Origin: Eledone cirrhosa
Taxonomy: Eukaryota
Direction: 5' to 3'
Length of the DNA stretch: 64,000 nucleotides
Assembly: GCA_964016885.1 (NCBI GenBank)
Contig: OZ024745.1
Location: forward strand, 79,484,001 to 79,548,000
Shown here: piece after piece, positions 37,901-46,900 of the stretch
Layout: each line of letters starts with the position of its first letter
How positions within the stretch are numbered: position 1 is the first letter of the stretch
Program-made: the position numbers and the translations under genes
Notes under the pieces: generated by a model
Seen by the model: the letters and a program-made list of their open reading frames with translations, nothing else
Database searches by the model: none
Told to the model about the DNA's origin: nothing

Positions 37901-40900
37901 CTTGTAGGCATGTCCACGTGTGTTAGACACATGGAGATCAAAGAGGCGCTCAGGGTTGCAGTTGGCGAGATGGTTAAAAACTTTGTGGGTATTCACCAAG
38001 TCCATTGCCAGACGTCGGAGCTTCAATGAATCCATGCCCAGGGAAGCAAGGCGTTCAGAGTATGGTAGGTGTCTGATGGAGGGTATGCGCTTGGTTGCAC
38101 GTCTCTGAACAGTTTCCAGGAGGTCAATGTTCCGAGCAAGATAGGGGTTCCAGACTGATGATGCGAATTCCAAGTGTGGTCGCACCATAGCTGTATACAG
38201 TTTTAAATAGATGGCTGGAGAGCGGCTAACAAAGGTCTTGCTGAGTGATGCCAAGACACCCTCGGCCTTCTTGACAATCTTAGAGACATGCTTTGTCCAA
38301 CGCAAATCGTTGCTGACAGTAATGCCCAGGTCGCGTTCACAAGAGGACTTTTTGATGTCAGTGTTGTGGAGGGAGTATGTGGACGCTGGATTTTTCCTTC
38401 CAAAATGCATGGTGGTACACTTGTCCACAGCCAGCTTCAGTTGCCAGTCTGTGATCCATTGCTGCATTGTGTCCAGGTCTGATTGTAAAGGGTTAAAGGT
38501 GTTATTAATTTCAGGGTCACCTTTTATCCACTAGTCCAGGAAATGTAATTAGTGTAATTTATTTATGAGTCGCAATACCTTATTCATTATAGCTTTAGGC
38601 CTGTTATCCTTACTGTATTATTAGAGAGAAACACCTCGATTTCAGTGGGAAATAATTATTTTTCCTCAGTTTTTCGTGTGCTATCAACTAATCTGCCCTT
38701 CAAACATGCAGCAAAGGACTTATTTCCTGAAAAACGGAGAGGGGAGTCTGGGAAGCCCCTACGAGTTTTCTTTACGTCTTTTTTTTTACTTTTTGTATGT
38801 TATAGTATTCGTTTTTAACTGTACCTCATGACAAATGTCGGAAGTGTTAGGGTTATGTTTGGGAGTTAGTGTTTGGAGGTCAGATTTGTTGATAATACGC
38901 AAAAAGAACCTATGAGAAAAATTTCACAGCAAATTCGTAAGGGGAGTAAATCAGCGAATAGCTGAGGATCTTCCAGCTTTTCCCCTGCCTTTTTTCTACA
39001 AAGCTAATTGTTTCTGAGAGGTTTGGAGATTAGATTTGTTGATAACATATGAAAAAAATTATGCAGAAAACTCTGAGGGTGAAGGGAAGTCAGAGTGCCC
39101 TTCTCCACTCTGTTTTCCAGGAAAATAAGTCAGAATGTTTAGAAGTCAGATTAATTGATAACACATGAAAAAAAAAAAATTTGGGAAAAATAATTATCTT
39201 GCCAACAACAACCCTGAGTACTTTTTTGATTTCCATGTGTCTAACACACATGGGCATGCCAACAAAGTAAAAAAACACCACAGCTCCCATGACTTTCGGG
39301 CAGTGGATTAGCAATATCGGTAGAGAGTCGGACGCTATGCTTTCCAGCATAGTTACGTCTCTTTACAGATTGAGTTCAAATCCCGCCGTGGTTAACTTTG
39401 CTTTTCATCCTTACGGGGTCGATAAAATAAAGTAATGTACTGGGTAATTGCTGGCCTTGTGCCAAATGTAGAAACATTTATTATGAATTCAAAGTTTCTT
39501 TTCTTTTCCCTTTATTGGCTATTTCTAAAGTGATGTCTTCTTTTTTCCAAAATAACCTTTAAAAAATCTCAATGTTCTAGGTGTTGAAGAAGCCTATTTT
39601 AAACCTTTCAACTTCAATATGAAAAGGATCGAAGGCTTCCAATACAGAGCTAAAGTAAGCAATTTTTTTTTTATTTCTAATGTTCTTAAAACTAGTTTTA
39701 TTAACCCCATTTCAATCAAGAATTTTTTTTTTTTTTATTTAGTGATTTAGTGAGAAGAAAAATGGCAATGCCTAAAGATTTTTTCTGAACTTTCATGACT
39801 GGTAGGAGCAAAGTGTCTTCAGATTGGAGACTTTTGAATGGACAAGGTGATGATTTTAATCTGGATAACAAATTAAGTCACTAATGAACAGGAATGGGCT
39901 TTCTGGTGGCTTGCTAGGTTTCTACACAGTTTTCCTCTCCCAAATATTACTTATGAGGCTTTGGTGGAAGACACATATCGAAACTATGTAGTTGTGGAGT
40001 AAATTTCTCATTCACGTGACTGCTTATGTTCAGAGAATATCTGTTAGGTGGTCATGCTGGTACCACAGCAAAAAAAGTATCCATCCACCCTGTAAGATGA
40101 GTTGTGCTTGTGACACGACAAAAGGTACCCAGTCCACCCTGTAAGGTTGTTATGATGGTATCACAACAAAAAACACCCAGTCCACTCTGTAAAATAATAT
40201 TGTACTAGTGACATGACAAAAAAGCACCCAGTCCACCCTGTACAGTTATAGGGCTGGTACCATACCAAAAAAGCACCCAGTCCGCCCTGTGTTTATTATT
40301 ATTTTTCTCTCTTTAAACAGGATGCTTTCCGTGTCTGTACGAGAAAAGCTGTGAAAGAAGCAAGACTTGGAGAGATTCGACAAGAAATTCTAAACTCTAA
40401 GAAATTAAATGTAAGTTTTCAGGATTATTTAACATTTAACTAATCTCATCACTATTATGATGTTGCTTTTGTCTTTGGTCAACTCACCTTAAAAGGACCT
40501 ATAGCATAGCAGTGTGTTACACAAATGTGGATGCAGTATAGCTGAATGGTTAAGAAGTTTGCTTTGCAATCATTAGGTCCTGGGTTTGATCCCATTGTGT
40601 GACATCAATCTTGGGCAAGTGTCATTTATTTATGCCTTTATTTCCACATGATTAAAGTTTCTGGTATAGATGAGATGCAGTTCCGATTTGTGCTAGGTAG
40701 TGTCTGGAATGTTCAGGGACTTACATATTAATTTCACGAAAGATTGCTTCATTGATCAAACAACTGGAACACGCATTGTTGAAACGGACAGAGGTCTATT
40801 GATGTTACACAAACAATTTGATTGTATATGTCAAACATCCTTGATGAGTTCTATTTGTTTCTCCTAAATTTTGTTCGACAGGAATTTAATTGTGTGATGG

Positions 40901-43900
40901 TGTTGCTGTGGTGTTTAGAGCATGTATATTATATCTATCTTACTGTCTTCATCTTTCCTATTTGACTAAAGCTTCTCAGTGGCCATGAAAAACACTGTTA
41001 AAGTGAATTCAGTTAATGTGTGACATCTCAAAAAAGGTTCAAGTAGTGACTGATAGAATCTGTTATACTCTTCCTCCTACAAAATGTGTGGTTTGTGCCT
41101 CTAAGACTTATAATTATTATCATCCATGCCTTTTCTTTTCCTTTACAGTCATTTTTCCAAGCCCATCCAAGAGATAGAGAAGTCCTGCACCATGATGGAA
41201 AATTAAAATTCTCAAATTGTTTGAAATTAGAAAATGTTCCTGACTATTTAGGTTTGTTACAGTGTCATCATCATCATCATTGTTGTGTTCTGAAGCCAGA
41301 CTGGTCAAGTGACCACAATTTGCTCATAACCGTCCATATTTGGCAAGGTTCTATGGCTAAATACCCTTTCCATCAGTACTACCACTTTACAGAGTGAAGT
41401 GGGTGTGTTTTATTATGGCATCAGCACTGCCACTTTACTGAGTGGTCTGGGTGCCTCCACTTTTAGCCTGTTTTGGATTACAGTAATTATCATCATCCAA
41501 ATAATAATAACTACATCAGAATAAGATCTACCTGTGACTTGAGGTGTACTAGTTACATGTGACTTGAGAGTAATGGTTATGTGTAACTTGAGAATAAGAG
41601 CTACATGTCATTTGAGAGTAAGAGCTAGATCATCATCATCATCATCATCATTTAATGTCTGCTTTCTCTGCTATGTTGGATGGGTCTTCATTTCTGAAGC
41701 AGGCTTATTGAACTGGATAGGGTGGGAGTCCATATCTAGCTTACAAATGATCCCACATACTTGTGTGCGCTTTTATCATGGAACTATGGTAATGATGAAT
41801 CCTTGTTGGATAGTTTATCAATATAGAAGTGAGGGAAAGTCCCTCGTCTATTTACCATTTTCGTAAGTGAGAGGATAGGTACTCCATAGAATTATAACAA
41901 GTGAGTGGGTGTGTGTGTAGACAAGATAATAACAACAACGAGAGATCTATTCAACAATGAAAATAAGGATGATGTTTATTTTGTCTATTATGTGTTTGTT
42001 ATATTACAAATGAAACAACATACCAATATAGACGTGATCAGTTGAAATGAAATGAAGGCAACGTATTACAATTGTCGTGGGTCACCAATGTAACGCCCAC
42101 GTCTGGGTCACCAATGTGACGGGACCAGTAAAGTGAGATCAGTTATGAGCCAGTGCTCGGCCAACACTATCCTTGTGGCTTCGGCATAGGAGTTCAGTGT
42201 ATTGACATCTGTGTGATCTCGTGGTCCAAAGGCTGTCTGCTGTTTGCTGTCTCCGTGGCTTGTCTGAGAAAGTAATACTGCTGCTTACTTAAATAGTGTT
42301 CTCAACCAAGGGGAGACAACTAGGCCTGGTCCATTATCCGACAGGGGGGGGGGGGGGGGGCGTAAGGCATCTTACTACAGTATCCCCTGCCAGATTTTCA
42401 AATCATCGAAAATCGATGTTATTACTCACACGTGGAATAAGATGGCGAACAATGCAACAAGGGGGAGCTATTCGCTCTACCAATCGTTAAATCCAGAATA
42501 AGGATTTGAAAAATGTTAAAAAACATGCATGCATAAAAAAAAAAGGCAAAAAAAAAAAGCAAAAACACAGAAGCAAAAAAAAAGGTGCAGCTAACATAGT
42601 CTAAATATAGACGGTCTGCAAAATTTTTTGGGCCAGTGGAGCCTACAGCCTGAATGGGTCGTGGTATTGTAACGTGGCGATGGTGGTGGTGTAGGGACAG
42701 GCGATGATGGTGGTTCAGGAACAGGCGTTCGCTCAACAGGCAAATACGGAGGGTTTCGCGGATCAGGAACCACAGCGTCCGTGTCCAGATGTGCCTGCTT
42801 AAGCCTGTCTATTGTAACTGTCTCCCTGGACCCTTTAATATCTAGAGTGAAATGCTTAGCCGAGTGCGCTAAGACACGGTAAGGTCCAGTGTAAGGCTGT
42901 GTGAGCGGGGGCTTCACCGTATCATTCCTTACAAAGACATGCGTCCACAAGGCAACATCCCTCGGGACAGCAGTCTTGACAGTTTGTTTCCTAGTGTCCA
43001 TTGGCGGCAAATCCTGGAAATAGGAGCGCAAACGGGACACGTAGGAAGCGTGATCTTAGGCATCAAGATCAATAGGGGCAAGCATTTGCCCGGGCAACGT
43101 CAGAGGGGCACCGTACAGTACTTCGGCTGGTGGAAAATCCAAAGTCGACTTTCACCGTTGACCAAATCCCTAATAGCACAATAGGGAGGTACTCGCTCCA
43201 ATGCGCCGAGTCCATTGAGGCCATTAAGGAGGCCTTCAGTTGGCGGTGAAAACGCTCCACCATACCATTCGAAGTGGGATGGTACGCCGTAGTTCTGATG
43301 CGTTTAGCACCAATTAATTTTGACAGTTCGAGGAAAAGGCTCGACTCGAACTGTCGTCCACGGTCGGTAGTTACTGTGGATGGAACTCCATAACGAGAGA
43401 TCCATCCAGGCACAAGAGCACGCGCTGTTGTCTCAGTGGTGATGTTTTTCAAGGGGATGGCTTCAGGCCATCTCGAAAAACGGTCAACTATAATCAGCAG
43501 ATAAGAATAACTGTTGCTGACAGGCCAAGGTCCCACTATATCAATGTGAATGTGCGAAAAACGCGCATCTGGGTTAGCAAAGGAACCCAGGGGAGCCTTG
43601 ACGTGTCGATGGACCTTTGATTTCTGGCATGCGACGCAGGAACGGCACCAAGCAGCAATTTCACGCCTCATATTTGGCCAGAAAAATCTAGCTGATATGA
43701 GCTTTACTGTGGCAGAAGATCCTGGATGTGAGAAACTATGTAATGCCAGAAACACGGTCCGACGATGATTCTCTGGAACGAAGGGCCTAGGCACGTCCAA
43801 AGAGACGTCGCAGAGAATTTGGCCAACTGCAGTCGACAGAGGCAAGTATTTCATCTCGCAATTCGCAAACTCAGTCGATGTAACATCCAATGACTCAAGG

Positions 43901-46900
43901 GGAGGCTGATCCGCAGCCAAACGAGTCAGATCTATGTCAGAGGGTGACGAGATCGCTGTCACGGGTAAGCGGGACAAAGCATCGGCCGCTGTATTCAGTG
44001 AACCCGGAATGTGTTGGATATCGTTCGTATATTGCGAGATGAAATCAAGGTGCCTCGTCTCTCTGGGCGAGTATTTATCAGCCTTCGCTCTCAACGCAAA
44101 AGTTAATGGTTTATGGTCAGTGAGGATAGTAAATAGTCTACCCTCTAGCATATGTGAAAAATGTTTCATGGCTAAATAGATGGCTAAAAGCTCCCTTCCA
44201 AAGGTGCTGTAGCGCGTCTCAGCAGGTTTCATTTTTCTGGAAAAAAACTCCAGCGGTTGCTGGTAACCATTGATGTTTTGTTGTAGCACTGTGCCCACAG
44301 CGATATCCGATCCATCAACACAAAGCGTTAGCTTTGCACCGGGTACCGGGTGAGCCAGTAAAGAAGCATTAGCCAAAGCAGTTTTGGCGTGCTGAAAATC
44401 AGCAAGTTGAGTCTCGGTTAAAGAAATGTCTGTATTCTTCTTCCGACAATTTTTTAAAATTTCCGTTTTTGGAGAAAAGCAATATTGCACAATATGGCAC
44501 GAAACGCCTATAAAAATTGATCAGGCCTAAGAACTGGCGTAACTGACGTAGTGAGGTCGGTGGAGGCAAATCCTCTATGACCTTAACTCGCTCAGGCCGG
44601 AGTCGAATACCGTCAGCATCGATGACGTGACCCAAGAAAGTCAGTGACTCAGCACCAAAAACACATTTGGGTGCATTAATCTGCACGTTATACGCCTTCA
44701 ATCGGCGGAAAAGAAGATTTAAATGGTGTGTATGTTGTTCTTGAGAAGAACTAGCAATAAGCAGGTCGTCAATATATGTATAGACAAAATCGAGGCCACA
44801 AGTAACCTCATCCATAAACCGCTGAAACGTACTCGCGGCATTCCTTAATCCGAACGGCATGGTCAAAAACTCAAATGACCCAAATGGCGTAACTATAGCC
44901 GTTTTTGGAATATCATTTTTATGGACAGGAATTTGATGGTACGCACGAATTAAATCTAGTTTGGAGAATACCTTGCACCCCTGCAACGAAGACGCAAAGT
45001 CTTGCAGATGAGGGATAGGATAACGGTCCGGTTCCGTTATTGAATTTAAGCGTCGATAATCTCCAGTAGGTCTCCAATCGCCAGTCGCTTTCGGTACCAT
45101 GTGTAATGGGGACGCCCACGGGCTTGTGGATGGACGAATAATCCCCAACTGCAGCATATGATCAAACTCTGATCGTGCTGCTTTGAGTTTGTCTGGAGGC
45201 AAGCGACGAGGACGAGAAAAAACAGGAGCACCAGTTGTAGTTATGAAGTGCTCCGTGGTATGAGTTGGCTCATCAACTCGAAAATTTCCCTGAGTCAGTT
45301 GCGGGAACGAGTTCAACAACGCATGGTAAGTATCGCCGGTGTTAGCAAGAAAAAAGGTCGGGTTAACCGTTGGAACTCCTGCTGCCTTGCCAACAACAGA
45401 AAAACCAGTGATGTCATCAATTAGGCGTTTACGACGGAGGTCCACCGTCAATGAAAAATGGTGGAGAAAATCCGCGCCTAGAATCGGATACGGCAAGGCA
45501 GCGACAGTAAAAATCCATTTAAACTCATGCCGCAGATTACGGAACTGCAAAGGTAGCGAGATTTGTCCGAAGGTTCGAATCGGCGAACAATTTACTGCCT
45601 GCAACCAACTCAATAGGTGACTCAGGGGGAGTCTCCTTCATACAACACACAGGCCATACGGAACAAGCTGCACCTGTGTCAACCAGAAAGGCTCTACCTG
45701 ATAGCAGGTCCTCAATAAAGTGGCGGTTGGATGATGTTTCGCAGGGCGCACTATCCGCCGTTAGTGACTCTGGTCGTCGTTTCCCTTGTAAGCACAAGGA
45801 GGCCTACAATGGGCGGCTTTGTCACCATATTTGTCATGGTAATAACAATATGATGGATTTGAAGATTTGGAACGGCTATGGCGGCGAGGAGTTGAATAAG
45901 ATCGTGAGCGGCTCCTCTGCCGTCCAAAAGACATGAGTTCTTGGCACAACTCCGCCATTTGACGAGTCATGGCTTCCATAGTTTTGACCAACTTCTCATC
46001 ACTCGCTGATGAGTGTGATTGAGGAAGAGAAGAGGAAGCAACGTACTTTTGCTTCGAAGTGTCTCTCTTCGTCACTTCTACTATTTTGTCGGCAGAGACA
46101 GCAATGTGGTCGAGTTTTTAATTCTAGCATATGGGCTAGGATCGCCTGTACCTCTTGAGGTAGGCGAGAGAAGAACAATTGCTTCAGGAAAGGGCTATCC
46201 TGATCTTGGGAATCACTCAATTCCCGCAAATGCCGGAGAAAAGCGGTAGGGGTTCTGTCACCTAGTCGTTCGTCCTCGATCAATGACCGAAAACGACTCT
46301 CTACCGATTTACAGTTCCCTCTCAAGATCTCGCCTTTTAAAGAATCATATGTTAAGTCAGAGGGGGGGGGGTCTGTAATTAGGTCTTGGATCGAATCTGC
46401 TAAATTAGGGGGAAGTCCGCTAATCAAGACAGCGAGGCGCTGGTCAGACTCGGTCTTACAGACCGTAAAATACGCCTGTAGCTGGGCGAACCACAGCTTA
46501 GGGTTTCCGGTAAAGGCGGGCAAATGTGGCGTATTCATTGTGAAACAACTAAAAAAAAAAATAGAAACAGCAATTAATGTTCCCTCGTACAGGGAAAAGT
46601 AAACACCCAAAATGGAAAAAAAAAAATCAAAGGTCAAAAAGAAACAGACATTCAAAACATTAGGAAATAGCAAAAATACATAAAGTACATATATATATTT
46701 AAAAAAAAAATTTTTTTCCTTCAACGTCTGTCCCCTTCTGTTGCTTCAACAGCCAAATCATATAACCCGAGAAAAAGAGAAAAAAAAAAAAATGTTTGTT
46801 TTAGAATATATCCACGTTGGATATCAACAATAGGTAGCCTGTGGCTAAAAATCCCTTAGAAAAAAAGTAAGGCATGTGTATCCCCAGCGGGGCAGTAATA

